DNA from: an uncultured Gammaproteobacteria bacterium
Lineage (GTDB): Bacteria; Actinomycetota; Acidimicrobiia; Spongiisociales; SHLN01
Direction of reading: 5' to 3'
Length of the DNA: 64,000 nucleotides
Assembly (NCBI GenBank): GCA_964195905.1
Contig: CAXMQV010000029.1
Span: forward strand, 5,618-69,617
In this document: piece after piece, positions 53,075 through 63,222 of the stretch
Position numbering within the stretch: position 1 is the first letter of the stretch
Layout: every line of letters starts with the position of its first letter
Made by a program: the position numbers and the translations under genes
The notes under the pieces: model-generated
Databases searched by the model: none
Seen by the model: only the letters and a program-made list of their open reading frames with translations
What the model was told of the DNA's origin: nothing

Positions 53075-55495
53075 TTACTCCACCAGCCGAAGCGTTCCCG
53101 GCAGGTCCATCTTCCACATGCGGCGTACCGTCAGGAGCGGGGCAAGCGTGACGACGACCACTCCCATGATCACCACCGCCACGAGGGTGCTGGTCCCGAT
53201 GAGCGCATGAAGTCCGAAGTCGGGCAACGTCTCGGGAAGGAGCACCTGGGTCATCCACCACACTATGGCGAAGCCGCCGGCCACGCCGACGATGGTGGCC
53301 AGGATGCCGATGACCAGGCTCTCGACCACGGCCATTCGCAGCGCGGTTCGCACCTTGACCCCAAAGGCAAACATGGTGGCGTGCTCGCGGGCCCGTGACT
53401 CCAGGTTGATGGAAGCCGTGTTGAAGGCGATGAGCAGGGCCAGCAACAGCACGACCATCACCATCATCTGGATGATGCCGAGCATCTCGTTGAAGGCGTC
53501 CCGCACGGCGTCGGTCACCGCCGTGACCGACTGAACCGATGTCACCTGTTCATATGGGAAGAGCGCTTGCTGTATGTCGGCGGTCGTGAAGCCGGTGGCG
53601 GGGAGGAGGTTCATCCCGTTGGTGGCTCCCACCAGATTGAAGAGCCCGGCCTGGGATAGGTCCATGTAAGCCAGGCTGCGTACCGGGTGGGGATGAGTCG
53701 CCATGACCGGCACCTCGGTTTCCACGAAAGCGAAGGATGTGAGCCCGGCTCGTTGCGGGTGCCGGAGCGTCACAACATCTCCAACCGAGACCGCCAGGTC
53801 GGCGGCCGCCTTCTCGCTGAGGATGATCCCGCCATCCGAGGCCAGCTCCCCTCTTGCCATGGTCGGGATCCACATTCCGTCGGAAAGATCGGCGACCTCA
53901 ATGAAGACGTCGATGTCCTCTTCGGCAACGATCGAGCCGACCATTGTCAGAAGCGGCTCGGCTGTGGCGACCGCCTCACTCCCTTCTATGGCCTGTACCT
54001 CCGGCGAGTCGATGAGCCGGAATCCGTCAAGGCCCACGCTGACCCGGGCCGGCTCTTTGCCGACCGATTCGGCTTCGGCCGTGTCCACCGCATCGAACAC
54101 CGAGTCCATGATGCCGAGGAAGCCGACCAGGACGGTGAGGGCGGCGGCGATTCCGAAAATCGTCAGGGCAGTGCGACGCGGGGTGCGCCGCAGGTTTCGA
54201 AACGGGATGACGGCGAAGCTGTTGCCGACGGTGCGGCGCCGCCCCGTCATCGAACCGCGACCGGTGAGGTCCGGTCGGATGGCCTCGATCGGGCTGACCC
54301 GTACGGCCCGCCAGACCGGGATGGCCGACGCCACGAACGGCACCACCAATCCAATCACCGCCACCCTGGCGAACACTGCGTACTGGAAATCGGTTAGCCA
54401 GACCGGGAGCGGAATGAAATCGGCGAAGATGCCGGCCATGGCATTGCCGATGAGTGTTCCCACCCCGATGCCGAGCGCAACACCGAGGACGGCGATCTGA
54501 GCGCTCACCAGCAGGGGCCGGAACGCCAGCACCCGGGGCCGAATACCGAGCGCCATCCCGATCCCGATTTCGCGCCGTTGCTGTTCGGCGAGCCGATGGA
54601 TGAGGTTGAAGGCGGCTCCGACCGCACCTGCGAACAGCAGAAATGCGAGGGCGTTGAACATCGCCTGGTCCTGGTCGATGTCGGTGGTGAGAGACGTGTA
54701 GGAGAGGTTGTCGTCGCGGGTCAGCACCGTGGCCCCGACCGGGAGCGATGTGAGCGCGGTCTCGAGCTCCGCCTGCACTTGATCACGATCGGCGTCCTCG
54801 GCCAGCGTCAGTACGAGATTGTTGATCCCATTTGGCAGTCCGGCCAGGTCCTGGGCGGTTTCGAGGGTGGTGAACAACGCCGCGAACGTTGCCTCGGTCA
54901 TGAACATCCCGCCTTCGGGGGCAACCGCGAAGTACTCGGGCGTGGTCGACTGGGCCACGTACTCGACCGTCCGCCCTCCGCTCACCTGCAGCTCGCCGGT
55001 ATCCGGGAGCTCGTAGAACCGGGCGAAGCTCCGCTCGACCATGACACGCGGCTGGCCGGCGTCGTCGGCGGTGAGGAGCCGCCCGGTATGGGCGAAGTGG
55101 GCACCGACCTCGGGGCGACCTTCCGAGAAATCGGATCCGGTGATCTCGCCCCGGCTGAGAACGATCTCGTCCCCGCTGGATGCGTCGACCTGGGTCGAGA
55201 TGATGAGCCGCTCCTCCGTGCCGGTGATGGAGGCTGCGCTCGGTATCGCTGTTACGAGGGCGGCGATGTCCCCTTCCTCGACGAAGCTGCCGGTGGCGAG
55301 GTCGACCCGCAGGTCGTACATCGCCAGGTCCCGGTAGTTGAGGTCATAGGAGTCCCGTCGCCACTCGGCCGTCGAGGTCAGTCCGGCGTAGCCACCGGTG
55401 CCGATGGCGATGACGAGCGCGATGGCCAGCACCTTGGCCCAGTGCGATCGGAGATCGCGCCACGACCAGCGGAGCAGCAATCGAAGTGTTCTCAT
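53075..55495 (-). CDS. ABC transporter permease, FtsX/MacB-like
   Basis: QQRREIGIGMALG and REHATMFAFGV FtsX motifs; 806 aa. Confidence 0.9.
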   Translation of the reverse strand: MRTLRLLLRWSWRDLRSHWAKVLAIALVIAIGTGGYAGLTSTAEWRRDSYDLNYRDLAMYDLRVDLATGSFVEEGDIAALVTAIPSAASITGTEERLIISTQVDASSGDEIVLSRGEITGSDFSEGRPEVGAHFAHTGRLLTADDAGQPRVMVERSFARFYELPDTGELQVSGGRTVEYVAQSTTPEYFAVAPEGGMFMTEATFAALFTTLETAQDLAGLPNGINNLVLTLAEDADRDQVQAELETALTSLPVGATVLTRDDNLSYTSLTTDIDQDQAMFNALAFLLFAGAVGAAFNLIHRLAEQQRREIGIGMALGIRPRVLAFRPLLVSAQIAVLGVALGIGVGTLIGNAMAGIFADFIPLPVWLTDFQYAVFARVAVIGLVVPFVASAIPVWRAVRVSPIEAIRPDLTGRGSMTGRRRTVGNSFAVIPFRNLRRTPRRTALTIFGIAAALTVLVGFLGIMDSVFDAVDTAEAESVGKEPARVSVGLDGFRLIDSPEVQAIEGSEAVATAEPLLTMVGSIVAEEDIDVFIEVADLSDGMWIPTMARGELASDGGIILSEKAAADLAVSVGDVVTLRHPQRAGLTSFAFVETEVPVMATHPHPVRSLAYMDLSQAGLFNLVGATNGMNLLPATGFTTADIQQALFPYEQVTSVQSVTAVTDAVRDAFNEMLGIIQMMVMVVLLLALLIAFNTASINLESRAREHATMFAFGVKVRTALRMAVVESLVIGILATIVGVAGGFAIVWWMTQVLLPETLPDFGLHALIGTSTLVAVVIMGVVVVTLAPLLTVRRMWKMDLPGTLRLVE

Positions 55496-55505
55496 TTCAC
55501 ACCCC

Positions 55506-56204
55506 CTACCAATGGAGTTCGGCGACCGGGGCCTTCCCGCCGGCGGGAGGACCGTCGCTCACGATGTGACCGCTCGACAACTCGACGACCCGGTCGGCCA
55601 TGCGGGAGATCTCCCGGTTGTGGGTCACGACCAGCACCGCCTGGCCGTTCCCAGCCTGTGCCTGCAGAAGCTCGAGAATCTGGACGCCGGTCTCGAAGTC
55701 GAGCTCGCCGGTCGGCTCGTCGCACAACATGATGGGATTGCCGGTGGCGAGGGCCCGGGCGATGCCGACCCGTTGCTGCTCCCCGCCGGACAGCTCGTGG
55801 GGGAACCGGGCTCCCTTGTTGCCGAGTCCGACGCTTTCGAGGATTTCGTCCGGGTCGGCGTCGGATCCGGCCGCATCGATCCCGAACAGCACGTTTTCTC
55901 TGGTCGTGAGACCGGGAAAGAGATTGAAGGCCTGGAAGATGAAGCTGACGGTCCCGGCCCGGAAATCGAACAACTTGCCACGGGAGGCGGCGGTGATATC
56001 GACGCCATTGACCCGAACCAGCCCACTGGTGGCGGTGTCGAGCGCGCCCACGATGTTGAGCAGCGTCGTCTTACCGCTTCCCGATGGCCCGAGGACGACG
56101 ACGAACTCGCCTTCGGAAACCATCATCTCGACATCTGCCAGCGCCGTGACCGCCAGTTCGCCTTCCCCGTACCGCTTGGTTACGTCTTTGAGTTCAATCA
56201 GCAT
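55506..56204 (-). CDS. ABC transporter ATP-binding protein (LolD/MacB-like)
   Basis: Start MLIELKD; GPSGSGKTT, LSGGEQQRV, LCDEPTG. Confidence 0.94.
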   Translation of the reverse strand: MLIELKDVTKRYGEGELAVTALADVEMMVSEGEFVVVLGPSGSGKTTLLNIVGALDTATSGLVRVNGVDITAASRGKLFDFRAGTVSFIFQAFNLFPGLTTRENVLFGIDAAGSDADPDEILESVGLGNKGARFPHELSGGEQQRVGIARALATGNPIMLCDEPTGELDFETGVQILELLQAQAGNGQAVLVVTHNREISRMADRVVELSSGHIVSDGPPAGGKAPVAELHW

Positions 56205-56208
56205 GTCA

Positions 56209-56676
56209 CTACCTCGATTCGGAATCCCGCTCGTCGAGGAACCTGTCAACGAGGATCGGATACTCGGCGGCGAACCAGGAATACACGTCGTAGAGCTCTT
56301 GCAGGTGGGGTCGGGCGATTTCGCGATCGGCGAAACGGGTGAGGGCCCGTTCGGCCATGTCACGGGCGGCGGTCAGGGCGTCGACCCGGCGTCGCACCAG
56401 GCTGAGGATGGCCCCGTGGTGGATGGTGAAATGGTCGCGGCGCTCCCCGGACAGCCGAATACGATCGACCAACCCGAGAGAGATGAGGACCCGGGTGGCG
56501 GTACTGATGGCACTGGGTGAGGCGTCTAGCGCTTCCGCGAGACCGGCCGCTGATGACTGTTCGGCATCGACGATCAGCAGGTAGCCCCACACCCGACCGG
56601 TCATCCGACCGTACCCGAGCCGTTCGAATAGGGCCCCCATCTCCTCAACGAACGTCAGCTCAGCCCGCTCTACCAT
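56209..56676 (-). CDS. MarR/GbsR-like transcriptional regulator
   Basis: FVEEMGALFERLGYGRMTGRVWGYLLI, LAEAL.AS.SAISTATR.L...GLV.R. Confidence 0.85.
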   Translation of the reverse strand: MVERAELTFVEEMGALFERLGYGRMTGRVWGYLLIVDAEQSSAAGLAEALDASPSAISTATRVLISLGLVDRIRLSGERRDHFTIHHGAILSLVRRRVDALTAARDMAERALTRFADREIARPHLQELYDVYSWFAAEYPILVDRFLDERDSESR

Positions 56677-56703
56677 CAGTCGCTCTCCTCTATCTTTCGA
56701 ACT

Positions 56704-56719
56704 TTCAGTATCTACGGAA
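56704..56719. promoter_or_regulatory. Candidate operator of the GbsR-like regulator
   Basis: Imperfect palindrome TTCAGTA-TC-TACGGAA next to CGGAATG direct repeats, about 30 nt upstream of the regulator start. Confidence 0.45.
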
Positions 56720-56871
56720 TGTTCGGAATGTAGTAGAGGAAAAAGTCCCAATCGGCCCCCGAGTTCCCGTAGTCGGGACCGACGGTTGAGCCTCTAGCTC
56801 TCCCGACCCCGGCAGTGGGCGGCAGGCCTTTGGGCTGCTTGCGGCAACCCATCGGGTTGCCGGGGCGATTT

Positions 56872-56896
56872 CGGTGGGCGGTGGGCGGTGGGCGGT
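56872..56896. repeat. 7-bp tandem array (CGGTGGG x3)
   Basis: cggtggg cggtggg cggtggg cggt abutting TAAGCT upstream of nhaP. Confidence 0.8.
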
Positions 56897-56910
56897 AAGC
56901 TGCTTCGCCC

Positions 56911-58593
56911 ATGGACCTACCGCTAGTCGCCGCCGAATCCCAGCTTCTCGATTCCGAGGTTGCCATCGTCCTGCTGCTGGCCATCGCCGCGGTTGTTGCC
57001 GTGGCCGTCCGACGGGTCCGTATTCCCTACACGGTGGCGCTCGTGGTTGCGGGTCTCGGTCTGGCGTTCATCCCGGAGGGCTCGCCCATTCAGATCGACA
57101 TCAGTGCCGACCTCATCCTGGCCGTCCTCGTACCCCCACTGCTGTTCGAGGCGACCGTGCACATCTCGTGGGGCCGGCTGCGGCGTGACCTGGCGCCGGT
57201 TCTCCTGTTTGCCCTGGTGGGCACGCTGATCGGCGCCTTCCTGGTCGGGGGACTGGTGTATCGCTTTGTCGATGGGGTGCCGTGGGCGGCGGCCGTTGCT
57301 TTCGGAGCACTGATCTCGGCCACCGACCCGGTCGCCGTCATTGCTTTCTTCCGCTCTATCGGGGTGTCGAAACGACTCACGATCCTCGTCGAGGGGGAGA
57401 GCCTGTTCAACGACGGCGTTGCCTTCGTCGTTTTCATCATCGCCCTGGCCGCCGCCGCCCCGGGTGCCACCTTCTCATTGAGCGATGCCATCGGTCAGTT
57501 CCTCATTGACGCAGCCGGTGGCTTGGGAATTGGGCTTGTGCTCGGATATGTCGTCTCATCGCTCATCTTGAAGAACCTCGACGATCACCTCATCGAGACC
57601 GTGGTTACGGTCGCCCTCGCGTTCGGGTCCTACCTGCTGGCCGAGGAATTCGGAGCCATCTTCGATCTGGCCGATGTCCACATGAGCGGGATCCTGGCAG
57701 TGGTGGCGGCCGGTCTCACGGTCGGAAACATCGGTCTTCGCAACACCTCGCCGACGACCCGGCTCACGCTGGAGAACTTCTGGGAATTCCTTGCCTTCGT
57801 TGCCAACTCACTCGTCTTCTTGTTGCTCGGCCTTCGTATCTCGATCGGCCAACTGTGGGATCACGCTGATGCCATCCTCGTGGCAGTACTGGCCATCCAG
57901 GTGACCCGGCTCATTGTCGTATATGGCTTGGGGACGTTGCACGGCCTCGTCCAACCGGAACGCAAGGTGCCGCGGCCCTACCAGCACGTCATGTTCTGGG
58001 GCGGGCTGCGCGGAGCCATCTCGGTAGCGCTTGCTCTCAGCCTTGTTGCCGAGGAGACCAGCCTGGGAGTAGACCTGGTGTCGACCCTTCAGGTGATGAC
58101 CTTTGGGGTCGTGCTCTTCACGCTGCTCGTGCAGGGTCTCTCGATCGAGCGGCTCATCACGCGGCTCGGATTGGCGGCCAAGCCTCAGGAGCGGACCGAA
58201 CAGCAGCGCCAGCAAGCCCGCATCTATGCCCAGCAGGCCGGAATAGACGAGCTGGCCCGGCTCCATGAGCAGGGGGTTCTGTTCAGCGACCTGTACGAGG
58301 CCATGGCCGAGCTCTACCGGGGCGAGCTGACTCGTGACCGGGAGGAACTGAGCGATCATCTGCGCCGCCATCCCGAGCTCGAGACCGACATGTATCTCCA
58401 CGCCCGGGCCGACACCCTCCGGGCAGAGCGCAGCGCATTGCAGGATGCGGCCCGGCGCGGGCTCATAGCCGATGACGTTCTGACCGACCTGATCGGCGAG
58501 ATCAACGACCACCTGGCCGCCCTCGAATTCATAGAGAGCGATGCCCGTCAAGGGGAGATCATCGTGCGTGAGGAGCCGGGTAGCGATGCCTGA
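56911..58593 (+). CDS. Na+/H+ antiporter, CPA1 family (NhaP-like)
   Basis: VPPLLFEA, FGALISATDPVAV, EGESLFNDG, HMSGILAVV, WGGLRGAIS. Confidence 0.94.
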   Translation: MDLPLVAAESQLLDSEVAIVLLLAIAAVVAVAVRRVRIPYTVALVVAGLGLAFIPEGSPIQIDISADLILAVLVPPLLFEATVHISWGRLRRDLAPVLLFALVGTLIGAFLVGGLVYRFVDGVPWAAAVAFGALISATDPVAVIAFFRSIGVSKRLTILVEGESLFNDGVAFVVFIIALAAAAPGATFSLSDAIGQFLIDAAGGLGIGLVLGYVVSSLILKNLDDHLIETVVTVALAFGSYLLAEEFGAIFDLADVHMSGILAVVAAGLTVGNIGLRNTSPTTRLTLENFWEFLAFVANSLVFLLLGLRISIGQLWDHADAILVAVLAIQVTRLIVVYGLGTLHGLVQPERKVPRPYQHVMFWGGLRGAISVALALSLVAEETSLGVDLVSTLQVMTFGVVLFTLLVQGLSIERLITRLGLAAKPQERTEQQRQQARIYAQQAGIDELARLHEQGVLFSDLYEAMAELYRGELTRDREELSDHLRRHPELETDMYLHARADTLRAERSALQDAARRGLIADDVLTDLIGEINDHLAALEFIESDARQGEIIVREEPGSDA

Positions 58594-59023
58594 CGTCGTG
58601 TGCGCCATCCGGGGTGGCCCCGGGAGCTACCAGACGAGACTGGTCGCCCTCCAGCAAGCTGCCGAGACGGGGGTCGCGGTCCACTTCGTGTCCGTCGTCG
58701 ACCCGATTGCCTATGGGCCGCTCCACGAAGGAGAGCAGCATGCCATCCGCGCCGAGATGGCGTGGCGGGACGTTGCACTGGCCAGAGCAACGGCCGCCCA
58801 TGCCGAGCTGCAGGACGTCCGGTTCACGGTGACGGTTCGAGTCGGCGAGCTTGCCGAGACCATCGCCGGGTTCGCGCGGGAGATGGAGGCCGGTTCGATC
58901 CTCATCGGCAACCCGCGTGCCGCCGCCGACGCGGTTCTGGTCGACGATGCAGCCGCCAAGTTCGTCGATGGTCTCCACCAAAGGACCGGACTCCCGGTCT
59001 TCATGGTGGGATCGGCCGGGTAG
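58586..59023 (+). CDS. Universal stress protein-like
   Basis: Overlaps the nhaP stop; VVCAIRGG, VHFVSVVD, VRVGELAETI, ILIGNPR. Confidence 0.75.
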   Translation: MPDVVCAIRGGPGSYQTRLVALQQAAETGVAVHFVSVVDPIAYGPLHEGEQHAIRAEMAWRDVALARATAAHAELQDVRFTVTVRVGELAETIAGFAREMEAGSILIGNPRAAADAVLVDDAAAKFVDGLHQRTGLPVFMVGSAG

Positions 59024-59128
59024 CGGAGGGTTCCAGGTCCCTACCCGATCGACAAGATCGTCTCCTAGGGGACCGGGACCGGCGATGGACCGCGAAACGC
59101 TCCCGACAGGGTGAAGTCGAACACGAAA

Positions 59129-59144
59129 TCGAACATACGTTCGA
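59129..59144. promoter_or_regulatory. LexA (SOS) box, Gram-positive/actinobacterial type
   Basis: Perfect TCGAAC-ATAC-GTTCGA, immediately upstream of -10 TAGTGT (59146-51) and dinB ATG (59158); a weaker overlapping site lies at 59117-59132. Confidence 0.9.
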
Positions 59145-59157
59145 CTAGTGTGTGTCT

Positions 59158-60405
59158 ATGGCAGCGGCGGCCACGATTCTCCATGCCGATCTCGATGCCT
59201 TCTATGCATCGGTCGAGCAGCTCCTCGATCCGTCGTTGCGCGGGAAGCCGATTGCCGTCGGCGGTGGAGTGGTGCTGGCGGCGTCGTACGAAGCGAAGGC
59301 CTTCGGTGTCCGTGGTGGCATGCCGGGGCGATTAGCGCGGCAGCTCTGCCCACACCTTCGCTTCGTCGGCGGTCACTACCGGGAGTACCAGCGCCTCGGC
59401 GATGCCGCCATCGAAGTCATGCGCGACTTCACCCCGCTCATCGAGCGTATCTCGATCGACGAAGCGTTTGCCGAAGTTGCCGGCTCCGTCCATCTGTTTG
59501 GGGCTCCTGTCGACATGGCAGCGACTATTCGCAGGCGGGTTCGGGATGAGGTAGGTCTGCCCATCTCGGTCGGCGTGGCCCGGACCAAGCACCTGGCCAA
59601 GATTGCATCCCAGGTCGCCAAGCCGGATGGCCTGGTCGTAGTTCAGCCCGACACCGAGCTCGACTTCCTGCACGACTTGCCGGTGGAGCTCATGTGGGGA
59701 GTCGGTCCGGTCACGAGAGCGCGGCTGGCCGAAATAGGAGTCCTGACCATCGGGCAGCTGGCCGAGACACCGGGCCGTTCCCTGGAGCGACTGCTCGGCC
59801 GGGCGGTCGGCGGCAAGCTGGGGGCTCTGGCCTGGAATCGGGACCCGCGGGAAATCGAGACCCATCACCGGGCCCGGTCGGTGAGTGCCCAGTCGGCGCT
59901 CGGTAAGAAACCGGCGACGGAGGATGTTGTCGAACCCACCGTGCGGCATCTGGCCGATCGGGTAGCCAGCCGGATGCGGGCCAAATCGAAGGTGGGGCGG
60001 ACCGTGACCGTCCGGGTCCGGTTCGCCGACCTCCGTGCCGTCACCCGATCGGTGACGCTGTCGGCGGCCATCTCAGCGACCTCGATCCTCGCCGAGGTCG
60101 CCGCCGACCTGGTTGCGGCCGCCCTGGATGATCACCCGGACGAGAGGGTGATATCGCTGTTGGCGATTGCCGTTTCTCACCTCGAGAACGACGCGGCTCT
60201 CCAGCTGGAGCTCCCCTTCGAGCTCGAAGACGAGGAACGCCGTCCCGGGACCGAGAAGGGTGCAGCCCGTTGGGTCCTCGATCGGGCCGTCGACGCGGTC
60301 CGGGACAAGTTCGGCCGGGAGTCGGTTGGCTACGGCTCGGTCGCATTGCGCGATGGTGGGTCGGTGCCCGACGACTTCCGCGAGCTGGCTGAGAAAGAGT
60401 TGTAG
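59158..60405 (+). CDS. dinB: DNA polymerase IV (Y family)
   Basis: HADLDAFYAS, AASYEAK.FGV, SIDEAF, AKIASQVAKPDG, LMWGVG. Confidence 0.96.
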   Translation: MAAAATILHADLDAFYASVEQLLDPSLRGKPIAVGGGVVLAASYEAKAFGVRGGMPGRLARQLCPHLRFVGGHYREYQRLGDAAIEVMRDFTPLIERISIDEAFAEVAGSVHLFGAPVDMAATIRRRVRDEVGLPISVGVARTKHLAKIASQVAKPDGLVVVQPDTELDFLHDLPVELMWGVGPVTRARLAEIGVLTIGQLAETPGRSLERLLGRAVGGKLGALAWNRDPREIETHHRARSVSAQSALGKKPATEDVVEPTVRHLADRVASRMRAKSKVGRTVTVRVRFADLRAVTRSVTLSAAISATSILAEVAADLVAAALDDHPDERVISLLAIAVSHLENDAALQLELPFELEDEERRPGTEKGAARWVLDRAVDAVRDKFGRESVGYGSVALRDGGSVPDDFRELAEKEL

Positions 60406-60411
60406 AGCCGG

Positions 60412-61803
60412 CTAGCTGAGAGGGGCCAGGAGGGGAACCCGGACCTCGAAGCGGGCGCCGCCCGCGGCCGATGCGGCGGCTGCGACGGTTCCGCCGTGGG
60501 CAGTCGTTACCGCGTGTACCAGGGCGAGGCCGAGACCCGATCCGCCGTCGTCGCGAGCGCGAGCGGTTTCGAGTCGGACGAAGCGCTCGAAGATACGGGA
60601 ACGCTCCGCTTCGGGAATGCCCGGCCCATCGTCTTCCACCACCAGGACGGCCTCATCGCCCTCGATGCCGAGCGAGATCGCAACCCTGCTCCGAGCGTGC
60701 CGGAGCGCGTTGTCCACGAGATTGCGAACGAGGCGGGTCAATTGACGGACGTCGCCGCCCACCCGCACGGCTTCGACCTTTCCCACGTCTATCTCGAGGG
60801 AGTGAGGACGAGCCGCCTCCATGAAGACGATGTCATCCAGGTCGACCTCGCCGTCTCCGGCGGCGGGGTTCTCGTCGAGCCGGGCCATCAGCAGCAGGTC
60901 GTCGACGAGACTGCCGAGCCGTTCCTGTTCCTCAAGCACGACCCGCGCCGTGTCCTCCCAGTCCGTCTTGTCAGGATGGGCCAGGGCCACCTCGAGCATC
61001 ACTTTGCTGGTGGCAACGGGATTGCGAAGCTCGTGTGAGGCGTCCGAAACAAATTGCTGCTGTCGGCCTCGACCTGCCTTGAGCCGGTCGAGCATGGTGT
61101 TCATGGTGTGGGCGAGGTGAGCTACTTCATCCCGGCTGGTGGGAACCGGGACCCGCTCGTCGAGCCGGTCGTCGGTGATGCGCTCTACCTGGCTCGTGAT
61201 GGCGGCAACAGGGCGAAATGCGCGGCCGGTCACGAACCACGTCATGGTTCCTACGCCGGCAACGAGGAGCGGCACAACCAGCCACAGGATGTCGCGGAGG
61301 GCGTTCACTCCGGCCTGTACGGGCTGCAGCGGTGATGAAGCGGTCAAGGTGAGTGTGCCCTGCGCCAGCTCGACCGGAAGGGTCACGATGGTCACGTCAC
61401 CGACGGCGAGGGTGTCGCCGGGGTTGAATGGACCGCTCTCGACGATCAGACCCGTCGGTGCACCGGGCGGCACGAAGCCGTCCTCCAGCACTCCGCTGGC
61501 GAATAGGACGTCGGGTGTCCCGGCCACCAGGCTCCCGAACTCGTCCAGGAGGGTGACCGTGCCGCCGCCGGCGCCAAACGGCAGGAAGGATCCGCTGTCG
61601 ATCATTGCGTCGAAAGCCTCGAGGTCTCGGGCGAGGATTTCGAGCTCAGCCAGGTCTTGCGCCTCGAGGTCCTCGATCCAGGCCGCCTCGGCCCGGTTGA
61701 TCAGGAACCAGCCCCCGAAGAGCATCACCACTGCGAACAGGACTGTCACGCCGGTGGTGACCCGGCCTCGCACCGATCCGAACCATGCCATTGTCGCTCT
61801 CAT
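60412..61803 (-). CDS. Sensor histidine kinase (HAMP-HisKA-HATPase)
   Basis: Two TM segments, HAMP, SDASHELRNP, NLVDNA, DDGPGI, GSGLGL; ATGA overlap with the response regulator. Confidence 0.94.
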   Translation of the reverse strand: MRATMAWFGSVRGRVTTGVTVLFAVVMLFGGWFLINRAEAAWIEDLEAQDLAELEILARDLEAFDAMIDSGSFLPFGAGGGTVTLLDEFGSLVAGTPDVLFASGVLEDGFVPPGAPTGLIVESGPFNPGDTLAVGDVTIVTLPVELAQGTLTLTASSPLQPVQAGVNALRDILWLVVPLLVAGVGTMTWFVTGRAFRPVAAITSQVERITDDRLDERVPVPTSRDEVAHLAHTMNTMLDRLKAGRGRQQQFVSDASHELRNPVATSKVMLEVALAHPDKTDWEDTARVVLEEQERLGSLVDDLLLMARLDENPAAGDGEVDLDDIVFMEAARPHSLEIDVGKVEAVRVGGDVRQLTRLVRNLVDNALRHARSRVAISLGIEGDEAVLVVEDDGPGIPEAERSRIFERFVRLETARARDDGGSGLGLALVHAVTTAHGGTVAAAASAAGGARFEVRVPLLAPLS

Positions 61804-62468
61804 GCCACCACCCGATATCCGACCCCACGGATCGTCTGAATCGAGTCGGTGCCGAACGGGCGGTCGACCTTCTTGCGGACATAGCCGACGTAGACCTCGA
61901 GCACGTTGGAGGGACCAAAGAAGTCCAGGCCCCACACCCGGTCGATGAGTTCCTGCTTGGTCACCACCCGGTCCGGGGCGGTGACGAGCGCTTCGAGCAG
62001 CGAGAACTCACGGGGCGTGAGATGGATGGCGGTTGTTCCGCGCCGACATTCCCTCGTGGCCGGGTCGAGGGTGAGGTCGCCGACTGTCAGGGAGGCGGGA
62101 CGGACGGTGGTTCCCCGTCGAATGAGAGCTCTGAGGCGGGCGAGCAGGACCACGAATGAGAAGGGCTTGGTGAGGTAGTCGTCGGCGCCAGTATCCAGGC
62201 CTTCGGCTTCGTCGTACTCGCCATCCTTGGCGGTGAGCATGAGGACCGGCGTCCACACATCCTCCTGGCGGAGAGTCTCACAGACCCGATAGCCGTTCAT
62301 TCCGGGAAGCATGATGTCGAGGACGATGGCGTCGAACTGCCCTTCCCGGGCACGCCACAAGCCTTCATCTCCATCGTGGGCGATCTCGACGTCGTACCCC
62401 TCGGCCTGGAGCCCATGGGCAACCGCCGTCGCCAGATTCACTTCATCTTCCACAACCAGCACGCGCAT
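61800..62468 (-). CDS. OmpR-family response regulator
   Basis: VLVVEDE, VLDIMLP, LTAKD, GADDYLTKPF, VYVGYVRKK, RGVGY. Confidence 0.96.
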   Translation of the reverse strand: MRVLVVEDEVNLATAVAHGLQAEGYDVEIAHDGDEGLWRAREGQFDAIVLDIMLPGMNGYRVCETLRQEDVWTPVLMLTAKDGEYDEAEGLDTGADDYLTKPFSFVVLLARLRALIRRGTTVRPASLTVGDLTLDPATRECRRGTTAIHLTPREFSLLEALVTAPDRVVTKQELIDRVWGLDFFGPSNVLEVYVGYVRKKVDRPFGTDSIQTIRGVGYRVVA

Positions 62469-62493
62469 GCTCCCCAGTATCGCCTGCCGGTTG

Positions 62494-62545
62494 TGAGAGA
62501 ACGCTGAGAACGATGAGAACTCCCTCAGGCTTTCTCACGGTTCTC
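62494..62545. promoter_or_regulatory. Candidate response-regulator binding repeats in a divergent promoter
   Basis: GAGAAC x3 with 9-nt period (62497, 62506, 62515) and inverted TTCTCA/GTTCTC (62532, 62540). Confidence 0.55.
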
Positions 62546-62619
62546 TAATCACCCATTTGGCAAGGTGTTCGAGACAGACATCGAGATGACCGGCCGACGA
62601 GGCCAATCAGGAGACCGAC

Positions 62620-63222
62620 ATGATCATGAGACCACTCCGCTTGCTCGCTCTGATGGGAGCGATCCTTCTCAGCCTGGCTGCCTGTGGAGGTGACTCGGGG
62701 ACGACCGCCCCCACCCTGCCCAGCCTGAGCGACACATCGGCCGAGGGACCATCCGACACCACGACGACGACGGTGGCCGTCGATCCCGAGGTGGCATTCC
62801 AGGAGTACGCCGCCTGTATGCGCGAGCACGGCGTCGAGATGCCCGATCCCGATACCTCGGGTGACGGGGGCGTGATCACGATTGGCGGCGAGGGTTTGGA
62901 CATCGAAGCCATGGACGAGGCCGCCAAGGCATGCGACCCGATCCTCGAGGGTGCTTTCGGTGAATTCGAGATGTCCCCGGAACAAGAGGCCGAGATCCGT
63001 GACCAGGAACTCGCTCTCGCCCGGTGCATGCGCGACAACGGTGTCGACTGGCCGGACCCCACCGGCGACTTCGGATCCGGTGGTGCCGTGATCGACCTCG
63101 GAGACGCCGACCCCGAGACTGTGAACGCCGCCATGGAAACCTGTTCGAAGGAGGTGTTCGGCGGCTCTGGCGGCCTCGTCATCGGTGGCGGGTCAGCGGT
63201 GGGCGGGGGATCGACACCGTGA
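62620..63222 (+). CDS. Lipoprotein with duplicated CMRxxGVxxPDP domain
   Basis: Lipobox LAAC; repeats ACMREHGVEMPDP / RCMRDNGVDWPDP. Confidence 0.82.
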   Translation: MIMRPLRLLALMGAILLSLAACGGDSGTTAPTLPSLSDTSAEGPSDTTTTTVAVDPEVAFQEYAACMREHGVEMPDPDTSGDGGVITIGGEGLDIEAMDEAAKACDPILEGAFGEFEMSPEQEAEIRDQELALARCMRDNGVDWPDPTGDFGSGGAVIDLGDADPETVNAAMETCSKEVFGGSGGLVIGGGSAVGGGSTP

